Of a DNA stretch of 64,000 bases, positions 13,595-26,399 are shown one piece after another. The notes below the pieces were generated by a model, which worked only from the letters and a program-made list of their open reading frames with translations, ran no database searches and had not been told where the DNA came from. Origin of the DNA: Chiloscyllium plagiosum (taxonomy: Eukaryota). A program made the translations under genes and the position numbers. Every line of letters begins with the position of its first letter. The stretch's first letter is position 1. The stretch covers positions 19,368,535-19,432,534 of the forward strand of contig NC_057751.1 in NCBI RefSeq assembly GCF_004010195.1, given 5' to 3'.

Positions 13595-14720
13595 TGATAA
13601 AACGAACTGTGGATACTACAGATCTGATACAAAAACAGATATTGCTGGGAAAATTCAGCAAGTCTGGCCAGCATCATTGGAGGGAGAAACAACTAACATT
13701 GAGATCAGTGACCCTTTTTCCAGAATTGATGGTAGCTAGGAAAAGATGATATATATACTGATGACAGGGGTAGGAAGGAGTGAGTGGATAGGTGGAAAGA
13801 GATCGGAGACAGAGAGACAGAAAAGTTAGATAGACAAAGGGAAGAACAAAATGCTGATAATGGGGACCATAAGCAGGTGAAAATGGGTTGGCTGTCTGAA
13901 AGCAGCTCATGTCATAACAGGACCTGGGGTGTGGGACTGGGTAAAGTACATGGAAGGAGGTGGTTAGGCTCTAGAATTACTGAATTTGATACTGAGTCCT
14001 AAAGGCTTCAGGATCCCCAAGCAGAAAATGAGATGCCGATCTTCTAGCTTGTAGGTGATCCACAAAGCTGTGTTTTGTCTCCCCGGGATAGAGGAGATCA
14101 TATTGTGAGCAGCAAATACAGCAAACTAGATTGAATAAGGTGCAGGTAAATCAGTGCTTTCACCTGGAAGGTGTGTCTGGAGCATTGGACAGTGAGGAAG
14201 GAAGAAGCAAGTGGGCAAGTGATGCACCTTATGTGATTGCATGGGAAGGTGCCATATGGGTATAGGGAGGTATTAGGAGTGGAGAAGGACTGGAACATAG
14301 TGTCCTGGAGGGTACAATCCCTGCACAATGCTTACAAGGAAGGGGAGGGAAATATGTGTCTGGTGGCAGCATCTCACTGAGGTGGTGGAAATAGTGACTC
14401 ATGATTTTTTGGATGCAGATGCTGTTGGTGTAGAAAGTGAGGACCTGAGGTGGGGGGTGCGGAACACCTGATCGGTGTTATAGGACAGAAGAGAAGGGGT
14501 GCAGAACTGCAGGAAATGGGTCAGTCATGGCTGAGCGTCCTGTCAACCACAGTGGCAGGAAATACTTGGTTGAGCAAAAAAGTGGACATGTCTAAGGCCC
14601 CAGGAAGGTGGCATCATCAGGACAAATGTAACAGAGATGGAGAAACTGAAACTGGGAGAATGGAATGGAGTCTTGACAGGAAGAAGAGTGTGAGGATATA
14701 TTGTCCAGATACCTGGAATC
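13595..14720 (-). mobile_element. Penelope-like element, decayed RT/GIY-YIG 3' portion and pLTR
   Basis: GTFPCNHIRCITCP...HTFQVK (Cys motif preceding GIY-YIG) and the pLTR end gatctgatacaaaaacagatattgctgg. Confidence 0.8.
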
Positions 14721-15214
14721 TATGGATATAGTGGCCAATATCTCTGACACCTATTTCAATTTCTGTGGATAGGCTGGCCACTTTACCTTGAATTCTCTGC
14801 CCAAAGGGAGGCCTTTGAAAAGTATTCACTGAATTGCAGCAAAGTGCCATGTTTTTTACTACATGTAGAGCAAGAAGGAAGATTCTGAGTCTACCTCAGC
14901 TGGACTAGGGTGTGAAGCCTGTGCTGTTAGCATTAATCTGATCCACATGCTATATTTTGTCATGATATTTTGCAACTGAATACAACACATACCTTTAAAA
15001 ACCAGGGTTTTATTTTCCCGTATGAAGATGACACTTTACTCTAAGCAATTGTGCCTATCTCTCTCTCTTTCTCTCTCTCTCCCTCTCTCTCCAGAAATAA
15101 GTAGTCTCCATTTTTTTGAAGCACCGTAGGACAGAGGTAAATTATTTGAATAATTACAAATTAGTTAGTAAAGACTGCATCTTTTTATTTTACTCTGTTT
15201 TTGATTGTGTGCAG

Positions 15215-15690
15215 TTCTGGTCACAGAAATGATGAAATTGTACTGGAGAGGGGTCAGAGGAGATTCATGAGGATGTGCTAGGATTAGGAAAATGCAGCTA
15301 TGAGGAAATATTGGATAGGCCGGAGCTGTCCTCCTTGGACCAGAGGAGGCTGAGGAGAGATTTGATTGAGATATGTGAAATTGTGAGGGTGCCAGGAGAC
15401 AGTGGAAGTGAAAAAAAAAGAATGTTTTCCTTAGCAGAGAGGCAGTGACTAGGGCCATAGATTTAAAGTGAATGCTGAAAATACTCGAGCAGACACGAGG
15501 AAAATCTTCTTCACCTGGACGGTGGTAGGGGTCTGGAACTCACTGCCAGGAAGGGCAGTAAAAGCAAAAACCTCCCAGGATATGGACCGAGTGCAGGAAG
15601 GTAGGATAGAGCTGGCTTGTTTTTCAGTTGGTGCAGATATAATGCCCAAGCTGCCTCTTTCTGTGCTGTAAAACTCTCTTTGATTCAATG
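15215..15690 (+). mobile_element. CR1 LINE 3' fragment, old
   Basis: FFTWTVVGVWNSLP motif. Confidence 0.7.
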
Positions 15691-18196
15691 ATAAAAAGTC
15701 AGCACATTCATCTTGGCCAATAACAACAACAACAACAAAAAATTAAAGGAGACAAGAGGGAAAAAAAAATTGCCCTGCGCATAGCATGGACAACAAACCT
15801 GCATGCCAGTCTGAGACCAGAGTCATATTGAAATTGTCTGTACTTGGAGGAAGGGATACCTACACTTAAGTGTACAGCAACTGTAGATGACTGGACTCAA
15901 GCATTCCTGAAAAATGTCAAGTATCTTCACTGACTCATGGGCATCCCTGGCCTATGACTAAAATGGAGGGCACGAAGTACATTGAGAGACCTCGTTGGTA
16001 ACAGCAGGGGTGAAGTCCTCAAGGCATCAGAGGAAACATACAAGCCCCCCCAACAAGAGTGCATGAGAGTGAGTTCTGGAGCAGAGATGCTAGAGAAAGG
16101 GAGCTGCCATTTGAGGAGCTTGTCTGACTTGCTACTAACGAGTGAGTAGTTTCTAAGGTATTGTGAGTTCTGTGGGAGCAAATATTTGTTTGAGGAGAGG
16201 AGCACTTTCGGGATTGATTGAATTTTCTCCCAGCAGAGATGCTGCTGCACACATTGGCTGAAACGGATCCTTTGTGGACCAGCAACACGATGATTTACAG
16301 AACCAGCTGTGCTCAATAGGAGGCGATGAGTTGGAAGGTTCAGGAGAGAAGTAGAGAGTCCGGACTCTGCCAACTCATCACCTCACCCTCCCTGCTGCTT
16401 CTGTCCTTCCTAAACTCTTGTGCTCGCTGCCTCTCTTGTTTCAACTTTGTCACTGACTATCCCCCATTTCCTGCTTCCTTTGTGCAGTCAGAAGGAGGGT
16501 CTGGGTTCACATGTGACTCCAGGCCTGAAGCAACATGGTTTCTCTCTTAACTGTATCAAATAGAGGTTAAATAACTCCAAATGAGGCAGGAATCCGCAAA
16601 TCACCCTTTATTTACACACGAACAGTCCTTTACTAAAGTATTGCCTCAGCGTCAGCACCATAGTGTCAGTATCTCTGACATTCAACCTTTTTATGTCTGT
16701 CAGGGTTCCCTGATTGAACCAGATTAACAGCCTGAATCAGGGAACTCTTATTCTATGAGATCCAGCTGGTTGATCTTGTGACAATCACTACATCCCTCCC
16801 CCTCTGAGTGTATGGATATAGGCCAGTCTGTTTTACTTGGAGAGCATCCTGGGGTGTTTTAGCACTGAGTCAGGTTCCTCCAACCTGGCATCCGATACAG
16901 ACATGGGAGTTCGCTTCTTGTGCCAGGAGTGCCTTGATAGAATTTCACTCTTTTCCGGTGGCAAAGATGTCAAGGTGGCTACTTCTGTCACCTCCATCTC
17001 TGATTCAGAGGACTTGACAATGTTTGATGGAGACAGTTAATCCACAGATTCCAGCAGCACTTCTGAAAGTTCTGAGGGACAGAGCTTGTTTTGTTCCCAC
17101 ATGTTTAAAAATTTACGGTTTTCAAATGATCCGCATGTTTATTCAGGACTGTCGCACCTACCCAAATTTTAGATGTCACTGGTCCTGATCTTGCATTGAC
17201 CATGCCTCTTACCCATGCAGGGCCATTTCTGTGATTCTTACACCAAACCTTGTCCCCTGTACAAAAATTCTCTTTTGCCTGATGGAGTCTTAGGTCCAGG
17301 ATTGGATTTCCAGATGTTGTTTGACTCTTCTTCTACCTCACCTCCCCCTGCCCCCAGGTCTGGGAAGATCAAACTTAACCTGGTCTTCAACCCATTACAA
17401 CTTTGCCAATGCTATCCCTGTAGTTGCATGTGGGGTGGTCCTATAATCAAAGAACCATGACTGCTTGGTATCTAGTGAGGCTGTAAGCTGTTTCTTCAAT
17501 CCAACCTTCAAAGTTTGGACGCTCTTTCTGCCAGGCTATTTAATGCTGGGTGGTATGGAGCTGTCCTTGTATGTTGAATTATCTGTGACCAACATTTCCG
17601 TGACTCCGTGTGTTGCAGAAGATGTATGCAGTTTTTCTGTTGTTGTTCCAGTCTTTGACGAATAGACTCTATGCACAAGTCCAACCAGTTTGAATCTACA
17701 ATGACTAAGAACACTGAACCCATGAAACGACCTGCATAGTTGATGTGCAACTGAGTCCAAATTTTACCCGGCCATTCCCATAGATGTGGGGGAACTGCTG
17801 GCTTGAACTTTTGTCCTTGTTGATATTCTGGGCACTGCCCCACCAACACAGCTGTGGCTGCATCCAAGCCTGGTCACCAGATATAACGTCTCGCCAACAT
17901 CTTCACTTTGGAAACCCCTGGATGGTCTTGGTGGATTTAACCAGTATTAGATGGCAAGCTTTGTTCAGGACAATTACTCATGCCCCCATAATATTCCATC
18001 CTGTACTGTGAGCTAATCTCTTCAGATCCAAAAACGTTTCAATTCTAGTTGTAATTGCTCCATGGTTTCCCCCATTAATATGAGGTGTTTCAGTTTAAAA
18101 AGGACTGGAATTTTCTGTGTCCAAAGTCTGATATTGTTAACTGTGACTGGGAGTGTGTCCAGAAAATTTAATATCATTATAGACTCTTCCATTGGG

Positions 18197-18291
18197 TGTT
18201 CTGAAGAAGATTCACTGGACCCAAAACATTAACACTGATCTCTCTCCACTGGCAAACCTGCTGACTTTTTCTGGCAGTTTTGGCTTTTGTT
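18197..18291 (+). mobile_element. Short Penelope pLTR-derived insertion with 12-bp TSD
   Basis: TSD tcttccattggg at 18185-18196 and 18292-18303. Degenerate ctgaagaa...caaaac core. Confidence 0.75.
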
Positions 18292-18987
18292 TCTTCCATT
18301 GGGGCATCTGCTAATGGGAGGTGGCTCAATGCATCCGTATTCGCTACTTAGCCTCCTGGACAGTGTTCTAACTTGTAATTATACACACGTAGTATTAGAG
18401 CTCACCACTGAATGTGGCCTGAAGCTATGGGCAACAGTGCCTTGCACTCTTTAAGCAGACCAAGTAGGGGTTTGTGGTCTGTGATTGTCACAAATGTTCA
18501 TCTATAAAAGGTATTGGTGGAACCTCCTGGCTCCAGATATGACCACCAATCCTTCGTTTCCTATTTGGGCATATTTATGCTCTGCATTAGCCAAAGTCCT
18601 GAATGCAAAAGCTATTGTGTGTCCCTTGTCATTGGGCCACCTACGAACTAATACCACCCTGAAACCATACATGGAGGCATCGCACATCAATATTAGATCT
18701 TTCTTGGGATCATAATGTCCTTTGAGGATGATAGCTGTTTCTTTACTTCATTGAAAGCTAGAGTTTGTCTATCTATGAGACCATTTCCAAGGCTGACCTT
18801 TTTTAGGAGATAATGCAAAGGTACCAGGATGGATGCCAGGTTATGTATGTACTTTCCATAATAACTTACCAACCTAAGTAATTATCTAAGCTCCTCCAAG
18901 CCAGAGAATCTTTGAGCACCCTCACTTTATCTTTTAATGGGTGTAACCCAGTCTTATTTACTCTGTAGCTAAGTGGGTCACTTGGAG

Positions 18988-19222
18988 CCAAAAGAGAAAA
19001 TGCTGGAAAATCTCAGCAGGTCTGGCAGCATCTGTAAGGAGAGAAAAGAGCTGATGTTTCAAGTCTAACTGACCCTTTGTCAAAGCTTTGACAAAGGGTC
19101 AGTTAGACTTGAAATGTCAGCTCTTTTCTCTCCTTACAGATGCTGCCAGACCTGCTGAGATTTTCCAGCATTTTCTCTTTTGGTTTCAGATTCCAGCATC
19201 CGCAGTAATTTGCTTTTATCCT
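18988..19222. mobile_element. Penelope-derived inverted-repeat insertion (196-bp palindrome plus 39-nt tail) with 14-bp TSD
   Basis: Arms 18988-19085 and 19086-19183 match at 96/98 positions with no spacer. TSD tgggtcacttggag at 18974-18987 and 19223-19236. Confidence 0.92.
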
Positions 19223-20218
19223 TGGGTCACTTGGAGGTCTGGAACACATTTTTCCCTTCTAAGGTGTATGCCTGCCTTGGAAACATGCCTTAGGACTACA
19301 TCCAAATTCTGAGTTGTCCTTATTGGTTTTCCCTGTTATCAGAATGTCATCTAGGTAAATGGTGACCTGAGGTAGACCTTGTAAAATGTCCTCCATTGTT
19401 TGCTGAAACATAGAACATGCAGACAATACCCCAAATGGCAGTCTCATATATTGGTACAAGCCTTCATGGGTATTAATTGTAGCAAACTCTGGGAATCCTC
19501 TTCTAAACGCAATTGCAAGTCAGTGTGGCTCAAGTTCTGCTTTGTGAATTACACAATGAATTTCGCCCTATTAAGCTTGGGCCTGAGCCTTTTACTATAA
19601 TCAGTGGTAACTGAATCAGCTGCTTCACATAAGAGACCAGAACTGAAGTTGTACCTTTAATCTTTAAAGGTTCCCTGGTATCGGTTCTCAGCCTAGCTGA
19701 GGTCTTGTGGAAAGTTGAGGGCCGGAGTCCAAAGCAAATTTTATTAAAAACTGGTTCTGCAATCACTGATATGGCCGCACTGGTATTGACCCCCATTAGA
19801 ATTGGATAACCATTTAACCAGATGTTATCTTGATGAGTTCTGATTTTAATGTTGCTAAGCAATTTAAATTCCAAATCAGATGTATGTAGACTTTCCAGGG
19901 TATAAACTTTCCTGGATACCCTCCTGAATACTGGCCTATGAGATATCCTATACAATTTACGTATGGTTGGACTCTTTTACTGTCTTGAGTCCACATACCA
20001 GCAATGTTAGGGTTGTCCATTTTTGAGAGACACAAGATGGCTGGCAGCTAAGCTGTCCCTCTGGTCCTGCACAAAATGGTTGACAAGAGGTTAAACAGAA
20101 TTAAAAGCCTGCTCCAGCATTTAAGTGAGACACAATGGTACCTTTGAGAAGGTGTTATTCCGAGGCAAAAGGGAGCCTTGCACAAGCAACAGCTGCAAGT
20201 AGATTTGTTAGAGATAAT

Positions 20219-20544
20219 AGAATCCCTACAGTGTGGAAACAGGCCCTTTGGCCCAACAAGTCCACACTGACCCTCCGAAGAGTAACCTACCCAGACCCAT
20301 TCCCCTACATTTATCCCTGACTGATGCACCTAACCTACACATCCCTGAACAATATGGGCAACTTTAGCACAGTCAATTCACCTAACCTGCACATCTTTGG
20401 ATTGTGGGAGAAAACCAGAGCCCCTGGAGCAAACCCACACAGACACGGGGAGAATGTGCAAACTCCACACAGACCTGCGGTGGGAATCAAACCTGGGTCC
20501 CTGGCACTGTGAAGCAGCAGTGCTAACCACTGAGCCACCATGCC
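20219..20544 (-). mobile_element. V-SINE (HE1-like)
   Basis: Same family as 4374-4675, in reverse orientation. Confidence 0.9.
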
Positions 20545-21091
20545 AACAGTTTAATAAGAAACATCCAAGGACAGAACAGAGTTAGTTAGGAAAAGGGGTG
20601 TAAATCACCCCAGAAGACAGTCAGCCTAGCTCATCATGTAGCTGTAAAAACAGTAGATAAAGGTATTCTGCATTAATTAGTTGTTTCTTTGAAGTTATTC
20701 ACAAATATAAGAAATAGGTTCTAGTTAAAGATTATTCAGATAATCACAGAGACAGATTTCGATGTAATTATAGATACACATATGTAATAAAATGCAAAGA
20801 TCATTAAAGCATTATGGGAAACGATTTGAATAGATGTGAAAGTTAATTAGTCTCGTGAAGCTTTTCTTTATCACTAAAGGAATGCCTGGTGTACCCTGTA
20901 AGAAACAAATTGCTCGCAACTCATTAGATAAAGAGTGCTAACTGTAGGGGTAGATATAAAACTTTACAAATAACTAACTTTATAATAGAAATTAATATTA
21001 CAAATCTTATAGCAGTTAAGATGCACCAAATATCTTTTGTATTTTTTAATATATAATTAGGACAGTGCCAAAATGTAAGAGTAACAGAATT

Positions 21092-21332
21092 TGATACAGA
21101 GGGTGGTGCGTGTATGGAATGAGCTGCCAGAGGAAGTGGTGGAGGCTGGTACAATTGCAACATTTAAGAGGCATTTGGATGGGTATGTGAATAGGAAGGG
21201 TTTGGAGGGATATGGGCCGGGTGCTGGCAGGTGGGACTAGATTGGGTTGGGATAACTAGTCGGCATGGACGGGTTGGACCGAAGGGTCTGTTTCTATGCT
21301 GTACATCTCTTTGACTCTATGAATACAATGAA
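21092..21332 (+). mobile_element. CR1 3' end with 10-bp TSD
   Basis: Near-identical to the 3' end of 5717-6143. TSD taacagaatt at 21082-21091 and 21333-21342. Confidence 0.9.
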
Positions 21333-23715
21333 TAACAGAATTCAAGTAGTCCTTATAGATCAGCAAGACTGGGACTTGTGCAAAAGGAGTATAGCCAAGA
21401 GCTTTGGAATGCATGGAAGATCCCAAGGCCTGCTGACTACAATGTTTGTTAAACATTGTGAGATCTTGGGAACCTAGGGATGTCCGTAGGAGCATTCATC
21501 ATTGATTAGGTGTTTCACAGGATTGGATGCATAGAATAAGAGGAAGGGCACAGTGACTACTTTGTATGTGATTATTGTAACACAAAATGTATAAAATACT
21601 GTATCCCACTGTGAAAATCAGGAGAGCATCATTGACCTGTCTTCTGATCTGAGTTGAAGTTTAAGAGGACAACTGCGTCCTCATGTCAAGGCCAGATTCA
21701 GGAGAGTCTGTGGCCCTCTCCCTGCATGATCTGGTGACTGCTTAAATAAAGACTGCCATGTACCTGAGTTCTGCCCGCCTCCTGCATCTTTGTCCTCAGT
21801 TGGAGGTTTCACTCCTATAAGCAACAACTACAATGGCTTGCCAGCCAGGTTCCTGAAGAAAATGTTAAACCATTTGGCTGAGCCCTTGCATTGTTTTGGA
21901 GTTTTGCTGTGGGCTGACCGAGAGTCCCTCTGCTCAGGATATGTCCTGAATGAGGCTATGCAATTACCTGTACTCAAGTGGTGTTCCCCAAGCTCTGTCG
22001 GACTGGCAAAGATGTCCACTTTCATCAGAATACCCTGCAACTCATTTGCTCCACTTGCTGCATTTTCCAATGATAAAGCCAATTGTCACGCCTGTTTGAA
22101 GTCCAGTTGAGCTTCAGTTAATGGGCATTTTTGCATAGTTACATATTTAGTCCAGCCTACCAGATGGTCTCTAAGTACCTCATTAAGTAAGAAACCAAAT
22201 TCACAGGCTTCTGCCAGTCATCGTAACATTGTCAAAAACCCCAATACAGATTCTCCTGGTTCTCAAATTGCTGAGTAAAAGCAATAGCATCTCAGAATTA
22301 GGGGAGGCTTGGAGTTGTAATATTCTTTAACTATGTCAGTTGATTCTTGAAAGGTTTTAGTATCTGGTACCTCAGGGAAAGTTAGGCTCCTGATGACAGA
22401 AAAAACTGCTGCTTTAGGGCTGTCAAGAGAATTACTCATTGTTTTTTACCTGCTGCAATGTCACTTGTCCAGAAAAAAAATACGTTCTTCCCAAATACTG
22501 GGCCCAGTTTTCAACAGCAGGATCGAATGAGTCAAGCTTCCCAAACAAGAGCATAATTTAAGAAAATGCTTACCCCAGCTCAAAAATGATTGTTGCAAGT
22601 GAGTTTCTTCAGGATCATGCTGATCTCATAACCACTGAAATAACTCCACAGATGCCAGTATCATGTCCCCGAGTCATATAGTGTGACGCCCAGCTGGCTG
22701 ACCTCATTACAATCACTACAAGAAGGCCCACATCCTCCTCCTCAGGGCAACAAGGAATTACCAATAAAGTCTTGCTAAATTACTTCATATTTTTATTAAC
22801 AGAGTCCGCAGAGTACCACATTCTTACTTTGGTTTGGTCTTTTATATTTTAAGAACTGGCTCGAAATTATATTCATTTGGAACCGCAGCAGCCAAAGAAG
22901 AGATTTTCATCCCATCATTCTGAATTGAATTGAAACCACATGGAAAGATAGTGTCTAACTCACTCTGGCAGAGAAGGCTGAAGAGGCTGAATGGCTGACA
23001 CCTATTCCCATATTCTTATGTCCTATTTGCGTCCTGCTGCCTTAGGAATTTCTCACAAACAGTGAAATAGAGTTTTAAAGCACAGAAAGGATCCCCTTGT
23101 TCCATTGTGTCTGTGTCAGTCATCAAGCACTCTTGTCCTGTTTTCCAGCATTGGACCTGTCGCCTTGTCAGGGATAGAAGACAGATGTGAAGGCAGATCT
23201 CAGAAGGACGTAAAGATTAATAAGGTAATAATAGTAGGGAAGTTAAATTCTCCACTATTAACTGGGATAGACAAAGTGTGAAAGATTCAAAGGGAGCAGA
23301 ATCCTTAATCCAGAATCCAGGAAAGCTTTTTAAACCAGGACATAGAAAGTCCTACAAGTACTATATTACATACATATTAAGCTCTTCCACATCAAATAAG
23401 AAATGTATGTAATTATTACTGTGGTGCGAGGACAATTTATAAGCTTGTCAAATGTAGGGGGGGACACAAAACCCAGTTGTAGGCTGAATTCACCAAAACA
23501 CATCTGATTTCCTACAAATGATTTCTTTTGTGATATTTCTGTATTTTTAATTATAAATTGTTGATCACAATGACTACAATAATCGGTTTTGTTCTACGGC
23601 TACATGTTAGAATTCATTTTTATATCCATTTTGGTCAATTTTTGCTTTAAGCAGTGTTGATCTCTGTCATTATGGCACAGCAACTAGAATTTAACTTTGA
23701 GCATACAGTGTTAGC

Positions 23716-24350
23716 ACCAAACAATCCCAGGACAGGGACAGCACAGGGTTAGATACAGAGTAAGGCTTCCTCTACACTGCCCCCTCCCCCCCCCCGTCAA
23801 ACACTCCCAGGACGGGGACAGCACGGGGTTAGATACAGAATAAAGCTTCCTTTACATTGTCCCCATCAAACACTCCCCAAGACAGGGACAGCACGGGGTT
23901 AGAAACGCGAGTAAGGCTACCTGTACACTCTCCATCAAACACACGTAGGACAGGTACAGCATGGGGTTAGATACAGAGTAAAACTTCTATTCTTTTAAGC
24001 TGAAGTTCTAGCCCTCTCTCTTTTAAACGGAAAGTAAAGCTCCCTTGACACTGTTCCCATCAAACATTCTCAGGATAGGTTCAGCACAGAGTTAGAAAGC
24101 GAGTAAAGCTACCTCTGCTGTTTTGAAGAGCAAGTAAATGTTCCTCATGTTTTTAAAAACTGAAATTAAAGCTTCCTTGACTCTTTTAAACTGTAAGTTC
24201 CCTCAATATAGTCCCATCACATATTCCCGGGATTGGACAGCACGGGGTTAAGTACAGAGTAAAGCACCCTCTACTCTTTTAAACGGAAAGTAAAGCTTTC
24301 TCTAAACTATTCCCATGAAACACTTCCAGGACGGGAGGCATGGGGTTAAA
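23716..24350. repeat. Degenerate ~70-bp satellite, about 7 units
   Basis: Core acagcacggggttagatacagagtaaagct...ccatcaaacactcccagg at ~23738, 23818, 23888, 23956, 24081, 24237 and 24336. Confidence 0.9.
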
Positions 24351-25124
24351 ACGATCGATTGCAACAAGTCTCTATCATGGGGCAGAATTTACTGTTGCCA
24401 GCTAACTCTTGGAACTCTGTACCTCTGAATATTACACTCTTACAAAATGCAAGAAACAGATTTCATCATAAAATAGACGCTACCTTTAAAATATGCTAAT
24501 TCCAGGCTTGTTTGATACGCATTTACATCAGAGTTGTTATGCCAGGTTCTGAACCACATGCTATTTTTCCACAATTAAAACTTTAACTCTGAAAGCCAAA
24601 CATTATATTCTAGAAAATATGAATTATGTACCAGATATTTGCAATACATGTATAATTGTAATTTATGGTCACCCAACATTTATAGCCAGTGCAGATCTGA
24701 CGTGCAGATTTTTGAGACTTGTCAAATTTTTCTTTGTTAATTTAATCTTGAAAATCATTAGCAGAAGAACGCAGCACTCATTTCAGTTAAATTGCAACAA
24801 TTGTTTCCTCCTTGTAGAATATTAAAAGAGGATATTCATCAGTAAAAACAAGTACAGGATCACTCTCATCTGTCAATTGTTGTGTGGCAGGTGGAGAGTT
24901 GACAATAGTTTACACTTTGTCACCAGTAGAGGACACCATTGTTTTTTGGTACAACTTTGAAATGTTCAGTCATAACATGACACAAAACTTGGTTGAAAAT
25001 GGCAAACTATCCTCTCATAGCTTTTCAGTAGTCTGCTCACAGGCCCCTGGAGGTGGCACAGAGTCACAGAAACTTCTCCCTTCTTTTTAGGATCTATTTG
25101 CCTCACCCCTTACATGAAATAAGT

Positions 25125-25615
25125 AATAGGAGCAAGAGTAGGCTATTTGGCTCCTTGAGTCTGCTTTGTCATTTGATATGATCATGGATGATCTTCTATC
25201 TCAACTTCCCACCCTATCCCAATATCTCTTGATTTAGTGTGTCCAAACATCTACCAGTCTCAGCTTTGAGTGTATTAATTGACTTGCTGTCTATGGACCT
25301 CTGGAATAGAGAATTCCAAAGATTCACAATCTTCTGACTGAAGAACTAGCTCAACTCAGACTGAAATGCTCAGCCCTTTACCTGAAATGTTTATTCCTAT
25401 TTCTGGACTCTCCAGCCAGGGGAAACAGCTTCTCGGCATCAATCCCATCCAGAGTTTGAAACATTTGAAACAAGAGATAACTTCTAATTTTTCTAAACAC
25501 CAGAGAATAGAGGCCTATTCCATTTATCTCTTTATGGGAAAACTCTATTATTTGGGGAATTAGTGAACTTTCATTGCACCCCACCAAAGCAAATGTATCC
25601 TTTCTTAGATAAGAG
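25125..25615 (-). mobile_element. CR1 LINE 3' fragment, old
   Basis: GLYSLVFRKIR...AEKLFPLAGESR. Confidence 0.75.
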
Positions 25616-25991
25616 ATTGCAATTCAAACACATAGAAGTGTATAAGACTGTCCCATGAATATCTTTCATTCCTTTTCATTTTAATTCCTTTCTGTGTGAA
25701 ATACTTGGCTTCATCCTGTGCACTAACTTAATTGCCATTTTTATCCATGATTGACAGCAGACTTTGGTTAAAGCAGTTTTGCCAGCCCTGGTCAAAAGGA
25801 ATCCTCTGGGTGAGTTCCAATAACAGGCAAGTTTGGTACCCTCCAGCTGAACTATGAGGACATTTCTAGTATCTGGAGTGAGCAGTAAATCTGTTTCAAA
25901 TGTACGTACAGCAGTATTCAATACGAGGACTTCATTGAAATGAAGCTTAAAATGTCTGCCTACAGGATACAACCTCATGGTACAGGTAACG

Positions 25992-26285
25992 TAGAATCCT
26001 AATCATGTGGAAGCAGGCCATTCAGCCCATCAAGTCCACACAGACCCACCCCACTACATTTCCCACAGCTAGTCTACCTAGCCAGCACATTCCTAGACAC
26101 TATGGGCAATTTATCATGCCCAATCCATCTAACCTACATATCTCTGGACTATGGGAGGAAACCAGATTACCCAGACAAAACCCACACTCGCAGGGAGAAC
26201 ATGCAAACTCCACACAGTCACCAAGGCTAGAATCGAACCCAGGTCCCTGGTGCTGTGAGGCAGCAGTGCTAGTCACTGTGCTGTG
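25992..26285 (-). mobile_element. V-SINE (HE1-like), degenerate
   Basis: tRNA-like head and V-domain on the - strand. Confidence 0.8.
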
Positions 26286-26399
26286 CACAACTACAGCAAA
26301 TTAGGGCAGACGTTTGTACATAATTGTATTTTAATCCAAACACTCCCCTTTTGATACAAAAGAGAAAAAAAAGGCTGCATTATTATGTACATTCTTAGT

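Larger units (their letters stand above)
20005..21820 (+). mobile_element. Solo LTR nested in the Gypsy gag
   Basis: Starts TGTTAGG and ends CCTATAA (degenerate inverted terminus). 4-bp TSD gcaa at 20001-20004 and 21821-21824. TATAAAA 21590-21596 and AATAAA 21745-21750. Confidence 0.65.
16567..22720 (-). mobile_element. Gypsy LTR retrotransposon, decayed, with nested insertions
   Basis: 3' LTR 16567-16792 (TG start on -, polypurine tract at 16793-16804) and internally deleted 5' LTR 22636-22720. Flanks agagg/agaag are a possible 5-bp TSD. gag starts near 22555 (MLLFGKLDSFDPAVENWAQY); protease 19530-19955; RT YQYMRLPFG...YLDD; RNase H CDASMYG; integrase HINYAG...APYHPA. Confidence 0.92.

Noticed and set aside
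25676..25978. 100-aa ATG ORF as a standalone gene
   Set aside because: No recognisable homology or domain, and the length is attainable by chance in 64 kb.
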